A DNA stretch of 64,000 bases from Octopus vulgaris (lineage: Eukaryota), in contig OX597815.1 in assembly GCA_951406725.2 (NCBI GenBank), positions 85,250,001 to 85,314,000 on the forward strand. The letters run 5' to 3'. This document shows positions 13,988 to 25,325 of the stretch, one piece after another. Position 1 is the stretch's first letter. Every line of letters begins with the position of its first letter. The notes under the pieces were generated by a model. That model worked only from the letters and a program-made list of their open reading frames with translations. It did not search any database and was not told the DNA's origin. The position numbers were made by a program, and so were the translations under genes.

Positions 13988-14090
13988 TTGTCAAACTATC
14001 TCACCCATACCACCATGAAGAATGGACGTTAAATAATGATGATGATAGTTTTATAAATTGCTGAAAATTAATATTTCTTTATCATTGCAG

Positions 14091-14194
14091 TGGATTCTGA
14101 CTTTATTGAAGGAGTGAAGAAAGTGATAGGCTTTGGAGATGACAAGAAAGAGTTTGTTGATCCTTATTTCATCTTCTCATTTGCTGGGAAAGAG
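14091..14194 (+). CDS. MYOF: Ferlin exon, C2C (MDSDFIEGVKKVIGFGDDKKEFVDPYFIFSFAGKE)
   Basis: attgcag|...|gtaaaa, 104 nt, phase 1-0. Confidence 0.95.
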
Positions 14195-14914
14195 GTAAAA
14201 ACAATCCCTGGATATATTTAGACACTAGCTATTATGTCTAGTTTTAATGTTTGCCAGTAATAAATCTGCTTTTTCTTCGTTTATATGATGTTTGTTATCA
14301 TTTGTTCTTTGGCTGCAATTAATGTTATTGGATACTTGCAGTCTACTTTAAATCTCAGCATGAAAGCAACACTCAGTTGCAGTCCTCACATTTTTAACTT
14401 TATCTGAATAAATTACTGATTCTACCTTACAGTTATATATTTGCTGTTAAGACGGTGTTTCATTTCAGAAAGTTACCATATTTGATGGTAAATAAAATAC
14501 ACTTTTTCCCTAAAAATGTTCAAAAGGTTACCCCAGGTCCTATATGTGAAGTTTGGCCTATATTACATGCTTCAATTCACTAAAAAATTTTTTCCTCAAT
14601 ATACACTGTTGATGTTGGGTTGCATCTAATAGATCCATGCATCTTTAATTCCATCAGTTACAGTAAGTGATTAAATAATTGTAGCTTTTAGATTAAATCG
14701 TCATCCTCGCTTTAAAAGTATGTTTGATTTAGTTGAACCTACGTGTTTCATTAGCTTTTCTTGGTTCAAAATATTATGTAAATAACAACTTGACACATGT
14801 ATCAAAATAATAATTTATGGATGTTTTATAAAACAAATTTGTTTATTAAAGCTAGTATTGATATCGAGTAGTAGATATTTAAGGTATCTAATTGCATTTT
14901 CTATACTTCTGTAG

Positions 14915-14983
14915 GTACGTTCAAAAACATTGTACTCTAATGATCATCCAGAATGGAATCAGGATTTGTCCCTTGGTCTGCAG
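14915..14983 (+). CDS. MYOF: Ferlin exon, C2C (VRSKTLYSNDHPEWNQDLSLGLQ)
   Basis: ctgtag|...|gtgagt, 69 nt, phase 0-0, PEWNQ C2 motif. Confidence 0.95.
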
Positions 14984-15582
14984 GTGAGTTTTAAATAAAT
15001 TTTGTTGATTAAATCCAGTGACTGTCACTTACCTTTTAAATATTCTCCTTGTTTTCTCATAATTGCATGCATAACATGAAAAGCTGAAAATGGTATTCCT
15101 TTCCATGTATACTTTATTTTACACTACTTGAAGAAAAGCAATTTGACTGATTGATAAACCTTTTCTCTCTGTCCTATCTTATTCTACTTTATACCATTAC
15201 AACAATATCTTTTCAATTCTCACCTGAAACTAATTCATTGAATTGCTAATGCACTTAAATTCACAAACAATTTCCAGTATATTTTTTTAATGTAAGAAGA
15301 ACTATAGGCATTTCTGTTCTTATAACTGTATTTTAATATGAATAAATGTTGTTGCAAGCATTTTTAGAAGATAATGAATTAGAGCTAAATTAATCTCAAT
15401 ATGCTACAGTTAGAGGTTTAGCTCTTACGTATACAACAACAAAAGTGAATAATTTCAATGTTTTCCTATCAAGAACAGAAATCTTTCATATTGTTAATGC
15501 CCTTTGGAAAGACCTGTTGAGACTATATCTACTCTAATAAATTTGAGATTTTGTTCCTATATAAAATATTTCTTTCTTTCAG

Positions 15583-15626
15583 TTTCCTTCCATGTGTGAG
15601 AGATTAAAATTCATCATCAAGGATTG
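15583..15626 (+). CDS. MYOF: Ferlin exon, C2C (FPSMCERLKFIIKDW)
   Basis: ctttcag|...|gtatgt, 44 nt, phase 0-2. Confidence 0.95.
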
Positions 15627-16918
15627 GTATGTTTATTCTATTTATTTAATCATTTCTGAAGTTAGGAATTCTGTATTATTTTTACACGTTTTCATGCTAA
15701 ATGTTCGTAGTGAAGTTAATGTTTCATTAAAGTTGTCAAATTTGAAACCACTCACTTTAAAGATATTATATAAATGGATTGTAATAATTTGAGGTTAGGG
15801 TGCAAACTTTCTGTAGGCCTTGTGATTAAGAAGTTTGCTTTGTAATCATTGTGATTTCTGGCCCAAACCTACTTTGGGCTGGTGTTGGGGTTTTTTCTTT
15901 GGTTTTTACTCTTTTCCCACTATTTTACCATAGTTTAAGGTTCAAACCAGCTTTCTGGAATTATCTACTGTGACTTCAAGTTTGAACCAACTTAGTGGTG
16001 CTTTTAACAAATGTTTTTCATTGTTTGGGGTTGATTTAAGCCTTGTGTGCAACATTATGTACAGTAAAACTGTACTGAATCCCAAGCAAACTGTACTTTC
16101 TCTTAGGTAGGAGACTTAATCTATTGCTTGGATTACATCACCACCTGAGTGTCTTTAATGGGATCTGATTTGCTGTGTTGCAACCATTTGGATTAGATAT
16201 CAGGTTTGAGGTTTCTTTTTTTTTTTTTTTCACTTCCATCTGTCTTGGAGACTCCTGAAATGTTCTGGGCTCTGTCCTTTTTCATAAAACGATCTGATGT
16301 AAAATTGTTTTCACAGTTAAGTATTAATGGCTGAATCCCTACATGAAACATGTCATTGTTATGGAAGATATTCAGATGTTTTTTTATGAAAGTGTTATAC
16401 TGCCAGTTTTACAATTCCTTTTCTTTGTATGTTTGTTTGCTTAAAATGTGACTTCCATAACTTATCAGGTTATAGAGACATTTAAAAACTTCAAGTTCAC
16501 ATGATCGAGATCCTTTTCTCATTAAGGCATACTTATGTGAGGTTTTTGAGTTGGTAATGCAAACAAACATAACATTTAGCAATCACACCTTGTTCTCCCT
16601 AGAACCAGGGATGTATGATTTCAGCCCTGAGCACCTATTTCCAAATAGGTAGGCTATTCTGTTATAAGATAAGTGTGTTTGATGAAAGTGCACCATTGAT
16701 GGAATACATACAGTAGATCTTTGCTTAAAAGGTAGAAACTCTTACTGACTCTCCTGGTTGTGATTCTAAATTTGGTTAATACTTTCTGTGTTGAATATCT
16801 TATATTTTTTATCTTGGCGTGTAGAATATTTGTATAGTATTTGCTATATGACTACAGTCATTGTTAATTCTAGGAGCCTTCTGTTGACATCTTTCTTGTG
16901 ACTTTTACCAAATCAATA

Positions 16919-17695
16919 ATGAGTGGTTAATGTTATAAATCTCAATACTTTTCCTGACAAACTATGTCAATATTCCAAATGATGGCTCCGTCAACACATG
17001 CAAATAAGAAAAGGCAGGTGTAAAATTGTTTTTAAAAGAAATTCCACACCTCATTTTTTTTAAACTGGTTGTCATGAGTTTGTAGTGAGAAAAATAAATA
17101 TTCCTATTGGCTGCAATAAAATTGAAATATCTCTATAGTGTGTGATTTCCCATACAGCATATCCAATAGAATATGACTGTTTAGCAAAACATTTTACTCA
17201 CTTAAATATTTTGAAGGTGCTTTGACAATAGTTTAAAAAACAAACAATCAAATGTAACTGAACATCCTGTTTATCATATGAAATCTGGTTGGGTTTTCAT
17301 GGACAATAATTTGGTTCATTCAAGATGCATTGTTTGAGATAGTTCTGAATTTTGTGACATCATTTAACAGTTTAAAGAACCTGAATTACATAAGTAGAAC
17401 ATCACAAAAAGTGCCTTGCAGTGTTATCTTTTTACATTCTGAGTTCAAATCCCAAAGAGGTCAAATATTGCTGAGTTCAGCATTTAAAATAAACCTTGTC
17501 AAGTACTGGGGTGCAACATCACTAATTATATCCAACCTCCAATTTATATGACCTTTTAATCTATTAGAATTTATGGTCAGACTGGAATGTTAAACATATT
17601 TGTATATGGATAGCACTACAATTGTTTCAATGTAGATTTGCCAATATAAATATTACTGAAGCATTTTATAAAATATAAATTAACACATCATGTCA

Positions 17696-17727
<32 letters not shown>

Positions 17728-17985
17728 GGAATGATGCTGAAGATCGTTCTCTTCTATTTGTTATTGCTATTGTTATCTAGCTTGAATATTTTCCCCTCAG
17801 TGATGAGTGGTTAATATTATAAATCTCAATACTTTTCCTGACAAACTATGTCAATATTCCAAATGATGGCTCCGTCAACACATGCAAATAAGAAAAGGCA
17901 GGTGTAAAATTGTTTTTAAAAGAAATTCCACACCTCATTTTTTTTAAACTGGTTGTCATGAGTTTGTAGTGAGAAAAATAAATAT
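16919..17985 (+). repeat. 183-bp direct repeat (16919-17101 and 17803-17985)
   Basis: Copies identical except for one visible substitution (aatgttat / aatattat). Confidence 0.92.
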
Positions 17986-18059
17986 GAATGTTTAACTTCT
18001 CTACTTACAGATGTAAATCCATTTGATTGTTTTTGATTTTTAAAAAACAATCATTATGA

Positions 18060-18560
18060 AACCTTCCTTTTTATCAAATTCTGTTCTTTTCAAATTTTTC
18101 TTTTTATTCTCAAATTTTTAATCCTGATGTCTTTTTATCCTTAAATCATTTTAACCTCTTAGTTTTTTTGCTCTTAAATCTGTTTCAAGTACAGGTCTTT
18201 TTCTCTTCATATCTCTTTATCCCCTAATTTTTTAATCCCCATATCTCTTTAACTTCAAATCTCTTTAGCTTTAAATATTTTTATTCTCAAATCATTTTTA
18301 AATACAGATTTTTTTCTCTTCAGTCTTTTTAAGTTCAAATCCTTTTATCCTTAAATTTTTTAATCATTAAATTTTTTTAGCTTCAAATCATTTTATCTTT
18401 TAATCTTTATATTCTCAAATCTTTTTGGCTTTAAATCTCTTTATTCTCACACCTTTTAATCTTAAGTCTTTTTATCCATTAATCTGTTTTTCTCAAATCT
18501 TATCTTCTAATCTTTTGATTCTTAAATCTCTTTGGCTTCAAATCTTTTTATCTTAAGATA
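18060..18560. repeat. Degenerate pyrimidine-rich minisatellite, unit about 16-17 bp
   Basis: Recurrent tttttat(c/t)ctyaaatc units. Confidence 0.7.
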
Positions 18561-19560
18561 TTTATCTGAAAAATTTAATGAATGGATATGTTATGTCTAA
18601 ATCTCAGCTGCTGATATACATTTTATTTTATATATTATACAATTAGGAACATTTTAGATTTCCATATTATTTTACAACTGTTACAAAATTAGGCAAGTCT
18701 TAATTTTTCTTTTGATACTTCTTGAAATTAAAAAAATTAATTAACATAGATTATGATATTGCTATTGAAATGAGAAAATGTTTCTAATTGAGGGTTTTTT
18801 TTGTTTTTTTTTTTTTTGTTTTTTTTGAGAAATAGTAGAATTTTACTTCAGTCCAAATTCCTAATAAAAATGGATTTAGGCTTGGTCATTTAACTAATCT
18901 AAAGAATGTGAACTAAATATTATATCTGATAAGTCTCAAGAAAAATTATTCTTTATAAATACCTTATATAAAGTGATTATGAAAACATTCAATGGGTATA
19001 GTTTAGATACTTAACAATTAACAAGATCATCACTATTAGAAACTTTTTAAGCAATATACATTCACTTCTTTTGCCTTATAATTTACCATGACAGAATTAA
19101 TTGCTCCAATCATTTATTAGTAATTATCCTAGTCTCCAAACATCATACTGCATAACAAATATTAAAATGTTTCTTCTTCAATCTGACTAAAAGGATAAAA
19201 AAAAAAATTATGACTTATTACAGTGCTCTCTTATAGAAAAGATTTGGGAATGAATTATTCTGAAGTCTTAATGACATTTTTTTTTTCTTCACATCATTTT
19301 CAGTTAAACATTGATCATTTACTGCAAAAAGTCTCATCTGATGATTCTTGTACTTAGCTGTTATCATACATTAATGGTTGGGCAGTTTGCATGCTTTTTT
19401 ATATACTCTAAATCCACTATATCTATGACTTGATAATTCAATTTAGAACCTTACATCATTAATATGAAAGCATAAATAAACAGCATTTGCCCTTCTAAAA
19501 TTTTGAGCTATTACATAATCACATCAAAATAAATTTGCTTATTTCTGAATTAATCACTAT

Positions 19561-19744
19561 TGTGCCAGTGGCATGTAAAAAGCACCGACTACACTCTGAG
19601 TGATTGGCATTAGGAAGGGCATCCAGCTGTAAAAATATTGCCAGATAAGATTGGAGCCTGGTGCAGCCACTGATTCTCCAGACCTCAGTCAAACTGCCCA
19701 ATCCATGCCAGCATGGAAAACATGTTAAATGATGATGATGATGA
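19561..19744 (+). mobile_element. RTE-family 3' fragment
   Basis: ttggcattaggaagggcatccagctgta...catgccagcatggaaa...(atg)n. Confidence 0.7.
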
Positions 19745-20125
19745 GTGTTATTTAGAGACACTTAGAAACTACATTTGTTAGTCTTAGAAAACATGTTGAT
19801 TACTATAACCCCAAAATAGGAATGAATAGGATTCAGAAATATTTTGAAACAGTTTAATTTTAAATTTTCTAAAGGGTAGCTGAGTACTTGTTCTTATGTT
19901 TTGTCTATATTTTACTGGCCTTAATATATGTACCAAAATTACATTTTAAACTTAATCAAAACCTTATTAATAGTAAATCTTGTTACATATATCAGATATA
20001 TAGAAATAATATGCATAATAATTTAACATAAAACAACCTAGATTCATTCTCTTTTGCATAATTTATCATTTGAACTGTTCAAACATTCGTTTTATTCTTT
20101 GAATTCTTTATTTGCTATTTCTCAG

Positions 20126-20202
20126 GGACCGTGTATCTAATGATGATGTTATATCTTCCTCCTTTCTAAACACCAACATTATTTCTGCCAATGGAGAGAA
20201 CG
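20126..20202 (+). CDS. MYOF: Mutually exclusive exon A, C2C (DRVSNDDVISSSFLNTNIISANGENG)
   Basis: tttctcag|G GAC CGT...AAC G|gtttgt, 77 nt, phase 2-1, paralogous to 27686-27762. Confidence 0.85.
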
Positions 20203-20450
20203 GTTTGTCCTTTCAAAGTTTTCGTTGGTCAATTTACAACATTCCCTCACCCCACCACACCTCTTGATACCTCCCAGTATTTTCGCTACTTCTGTGATTA
20301 AAAAATAAACTTCAAAGACCATTTTAACTGCATGCTGCCTTAATGACAGGAACACTAATCTGAACAAGACATTTTTCTTGATTGTTGCTTTCTATATCTG
20401 GAGATGTACTCGCATAGCAAGTAATTTGATCTGAGATCGTGTGCTGAAAC

Positions 20451-20715
20451 GAAAACAATTGCAGCGTGGAAGGTGTTTATAAGCCATTTAAGAAACACAC
20501 AAAAGCTGTTCGATTCACTTCAACATTTAAGTTTAATTTGTCAAATTGTTCACTGACAAAAATCCGTGCAGCACGGATTTTTGTCAGTGAACAGGTCGCG
20601 GATTTTAGCGACGAAAATATTTTGACAAATTAAACTTAAATGTTGAAGTGAATCGAACGGCTTTTGTGTGTTTCTTAAATGGCTTATAAACACCTTCCAC
20701 GCTGCAATTGCTTTC
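20451..20715. repeat. Near-perfect palindromic element
   Basis: Outer arms of about 95 bp nearly identical in reverse complement; inner perfect 23-bp arms at 20547-20593 around a single A at 20570. Confidence 0.9.
20580..20629 (+). ncRNA. Minimal type I hammerhead-like motif with G3-C8 swapped core
   Basis: TTTGTCA-GTGAACA-g-GTCGC-ggatttta-GCGAC-GAAA-ATATTT-TGACAAA: 7-bp stem I, 5-bp stem II, palindromic minimal stem III. Confidence 0.55.
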
Positions 20716-21999
20716 TGTATCATCATTTCAATTCGTTCATACTAAACTCGGCTGTCTATTTGCTCACTTCCATTGTTCTTTATGAACATAAAATCATATT
20801 CTTAACTCAAATAAAACAAATTACTAATGAATACCCTATCAAAGTTTCTGTCATGCTAAAATATAGAAACCCTTTATATGTGTGACCCTTATCTTGGGTT
20901 TTTATTCCTATTGTTTCTCAATAACTATTCACATACATTTTTTCAGTCTTTCTTTGTCAAGCATTCTGTTTTTATTTTCATCTATATAGCTATCATTCAA
21001 AGATGGATATTTGTCTCACTAACAGAAAAGATAATTTAGTCTTAACTGCTTTTAAAAAACAAAAACTTGATGTTGATTTTCTGTAAATTTACTTTCAGTC
21101 ATTGGCTTTATAACTGGAAAAGTTCTGTATTTCATGTATTTTCTTTAATCTGTTTTAGGCATCACATATCTCTAATCTAGTTCATTCTCTTTTTCAATAT
21201 TGATTTTTATAAAATGGTGCTGTACCAGCATTGGCCCATCAGAACTAATTAATAAACTCTTCATTATTTCTTCATTCATTTATTTCCGATTCACCTATTA
21301 TAAATCAGTCTAACTTAGTACAATCCTTTCATTGTCTAAAATATTTTTTCCATGCTTGCTGTTGATTTTTGCACTTTTCTACTGCCTACTCTGCTACAAA
21401 CTTGATGAATCTGATATTTTAATTCATTAACCATTAGCCTGTCAAAAGGGCTTTGACATCTATTTCTTTGTAAAACAATTTATGCTTTAGGGTGCCAGAT
21501 ATTTCCAGGATCTGAAAAGCTTTGCTTGCTAGTTGCATTTATTTGATCCAGAGTCAAAGAATATATATATACACACGTGTGTATGTATGTGTGTGGTTTC
21601 TAATATTTCTTTTGTACTATGTATATCACATCAAGATGAGCTGCATTCTTTTAATGCCATACTTTCACTACCAAAGAATTTTTTTCTCATTCTTTTAACA
21701 TTACTAAAAGTGGGAAATAATTGCAATCAACATAATGGGAGTTGGTTTTAAAAGAGAATTAAATACACATAGTTAACTATTTAAAAGTTGGGTTGTTTAA
21801 AATTACAGTTACACAAAAACACCTTTGAATATTAGATTATTATTTTAAAATCCTAGGTAATCTTTCTTTAGCTAGTTTTCAAAACTAAATGTTGAAGCTT
21901 TAAGCATTTTAATTTCAAAAGAGGTCATAGAAGTAAAGTAGAACACAATGTAGCATTTTAATGTAAATTCCATGTCGTAAAAAAATACCTGATTTTCTC

Positions 22000-22285
22000 T
22001 CTCTCTCTTTACATCTTGCTCCCTTACTTTACCCTTTTCTCACTAACTCTCTCTCTCTCTACATCTCATTTTTACTTTTTCTCTCTCTCTCTCTTTTTCT
22101 CTCTTGCTTTACAGCTCTTCCTCTGCTTCTCTTTCCCCATTTCTCAACCACTCTTGCAGCTACTCTTTTCCTCTACCTTTCTAACTCTACTTCTTTCTCT
22201 CCCTACCTCTCTCTCACTACACCTCTCTTTCCTCGCCTCTCTGCCTCTTTCTCTCTCCTTATCTATCTGCCTTCTCTTCTCTAGC
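22000..22285. repeat. CT-rich low-complexity tract
   Basis: Degenerate (CT)n; explains the L/S/F-rich ORF 22016..22300. Confidence 0.8.
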
Positions 22286-23699
22286 AATCTGAGAATGTAA
22301 AAAGTTACAGAGATAAAAATGATAGAGTATTAAAGATTTGTAAATGATAGAATGGCAAATTCTCTATTCTGTAATTGGTGATACAGTTGCTTAGCAAGTA
22401 ATAGATCCCACATTTGTTCCCATCAGTTGGCCTAATGCTCTTTTTGGTTTCAAATTGGTGATTATTTTGTAAGGCAGCAAATTAACAGAAGCATTAGAAT
22501 GTCCAGTGAAATAACTTTTGATATTTTTTCTGACTCTTTGTTTTCTGAATTCAGATCCTAACAGGGTCGACTTTACCTTTCATTCTTTTGGGATCAGTAG
22601 ATAAAGTGGGAACCTAGATTTTATTTCACTGGGGCAATAGTCTGGCAGAGTGCTGGATGGAATGGCTTTCAGTGTTTCTTCTGATTCTGTAATTCTGTGT
22701 TTAGATCCTGTGCCCTGCCAGCTACCACAAAAAAAAAATTAGAATCCTGTTGTGTCTACCCCCATAGTTAACCATACATAGCAATAGAGTGAGTGATCCA
22801 GGGTATTCAATCTGCTGCATGCAGACAATACCTGGCAATGTTGAATATCATTCACTAATATCAGTTTTTCTCACCTCATTTTATTTCTCTTTAGTTCATT
22901 TTTTATGCTCTGTACACTAAATTCAAGCATTAATTTAAAATGGTTAATTCCTCATTAATTTCTTTTCTCTCCCAAGATGTGGTTAGTCACATATTGATTA
23001 TTGAAAAGTCATATTAAAAAATTTTAAATAGATGTTTTTTCAACCACTCCTATAATTAATTTTAGACATATTTCTAGAGAAAGCCATGTACTCAATGAAA
23101 CATTTTTAGTATGATGTTTAAAATGGGATTTAAAACAGTTATATTCATGTATAGATAAGCTTATTTCTTTCATGAACATTTTAAATACGAATGCTGTGAG
23201 CTAGCAAGCTCTAAGGTAATACAACTGTAGAGTCCATGAAGCTAATGATGTTCTACATCAACAAAAAGTAATGCAAATAATTCAAATAGTGGAATATGTT
23301 TTATGTTGTGAAAAAGAGAAGTGAAATATTTGAGGCAGTTTCTCTACTTCAAAGAGAGAGAGTAAAGGTTTTATCACTAAGACACAAAAGCCAGATGTGT
23401 GAGGTAGAGGATAGGATTGGAAACCAAATACAAAGAGACAATTTCTCTACCAAAAAACCTGGTAGAGAAATTATTAATCCAAGTAATTAAGTCAGAATAT
23501 AAGTCTATATAAGTGAGAATGAGTGAGGTAGCTTGCTTACAGCATGACTTTCTGAGCAGTGTCTTTTCTTACTCCTAACTTCAAATCAATCCTCTTTTTC
23601 CAATTTTAAATAATACAGTTTATAAAATGGGACCAATGGAATTAATATAATCTATTACAACAAATATAAAAAGGGATATATATATATATATATAGATAT

Positions 23700-24030
23700 A
23701 TAATTAGAGGAATTACAACCGTGTTTCGTGGTCTGCAACCACAACAGCTCCTTTATAGGATTCAGTTAGCTCAAGACATCATCAGGTGGAACCACGTCCG
23801 GTTTCAGCCCCTACTCCTCTACCGTTTTGACGTGGCGGGGCCCCCCCTTTCGGAGGTGTCTTCTGCTCTGGTGTTGGGTGCATGTCTTCTTTCTTCTGTT
23901 CCCTGGCCTCTTCGATGTATCGATGTATCATCAGCGAGTGTCAGCCGGTGACTGACTGTCTTGTCAAATTTCTCTCTTTAAATAGAGAGAAATTTGACAA
24001 GTATAATTTTAAGGATTATATCCTTATTTT
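23700..24030. mobile_element. GC-richer insertion between (TA)n tracts with hammerhead-core-like motifs on the minus strand
   Basis: CpG-rich island in AT-rich intron; minus-strand CTGATGA (23779-85) and CGAAAC (23723-28); internal hairpin at 23960-24001. Confidence 0.45.
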
Positions 24031-24066
<36 letters not shown>

Positions 24067-24821
24067 GGATAATATCGATATTTCAGTATCGATCTTATCA
24101 AGTGGCCAGCATGGGAACAAATACCATACAAAGGTAATAATTATTTAAAACTATAAATTAGGGTATCTGAGAGATACCACCATGCTGAAATAGCAGTCAA
24201 AACCCTGACCCTAAAGCCACATTAATTGTTCATATAGCACTAGGAGAGAAGACAGAGAGACAAAATAAACTAGCAAAATAGATTTTTTTGCTCACACACA
24301 CACACACACATACACACATATGTCCAGTTAAGAGACTGTACTAGATAGATTAATGCCTGTTGACATGAAAGAACTTAGATTAAAAATTAAGTATTTTTAC
24401 TCTAGCTGCTTTTGGATAAAAGGTGAGATCCGATACTAGATAACTCTACATATAGAGGTAATTTAGGTAATAGATGAGCAAATTAAAATACCTGGTTATG
24501 TTTGGGTGTTATTTATTCTGCACATCATGAAGGTAAAGGTGTCTTAAGTTTCATAGCTTACATCTGATATACTACAAGGCTGGTGGGGGTAGTTTAAGCT
24601 AGATAACTTTGTCTGTCATTCAGCCTCATCAAATATTTCCTAGTGATTAAAACTTGTTTTAGCTGAAGTTTTATTGGCAACTTTCACTTGGTGTAAGAAT
24701 AATGTTTATTTTCAGTATTTTGGTATTTCTGGACAAACACTCGAGGACAACTTTTTCTTTCAGTTGTTTATATTCTTATTTTTTTTCTATATTTCAGTTT
24801 TTACCAAAGTTGAGATATAGC

Positions 24822-24869
<48 letters not shown>

Positions 24870-24973
24870 CAATATAATTTCCTTATTTGTTTCTTGCTCT
24901 TTGAATTTAAAACACATCTCAGTGTGTGTGTGCATATACAAATCATATGTGTTAGTTATACAGGTAGTTGTTA

Positions 24974-25325
24974 CTAGCACTATGACCCGGCAACGCCAGG
25001 TCATAGTGCTAGTGCATGCATATACAGCTGCGTGCGTGCGCACATACACGTGAGTACTGTCCAAATCTCCGACCAATTACATACAGCTAGCTGGCATTCA
25101 ATTGGCGTATCAAGTTTTGGGCATTTTGATTGGGTTTTGGACAAAAAAGTCACTTCTATTGATTTTTTTAATGGCTTTGCAGGGTGACTGGAGAAATGTA
25201 AAGATGTGCACGACCACTTTTGGACGGTTTTGAATGACCATAGAAAGTGTGAGCCCTCTAACTGAAAAATTGTGTATTTGTATAAAGGACACATGCAGAC
25301 ATTTTGCTGTTTATATATAGAGAGA
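24974..25325 (-). mobile_element. Non-autonomous Helitron-like element
   Basis: On the minus strand A|TCTCTATATATAAAC...CTAG|T, with a terminal hairpin at 24973-25013. Confidence 0.7.

Noticed and set aside
16919-17985. LTR/TRIM retrotransposon interpretation of the 183-bp direct repeats
   Set aside because: No TG...CA termini, PBS, PPT or TSD visible; the internal region is ordinary old intron.
24798-24808. ttcag-TTTTTACCAAA-gttgag as a third alternative exon between the MXEs
   Set aside because: 11 nt, weak donor, and no similarity to the DR...DD exon.
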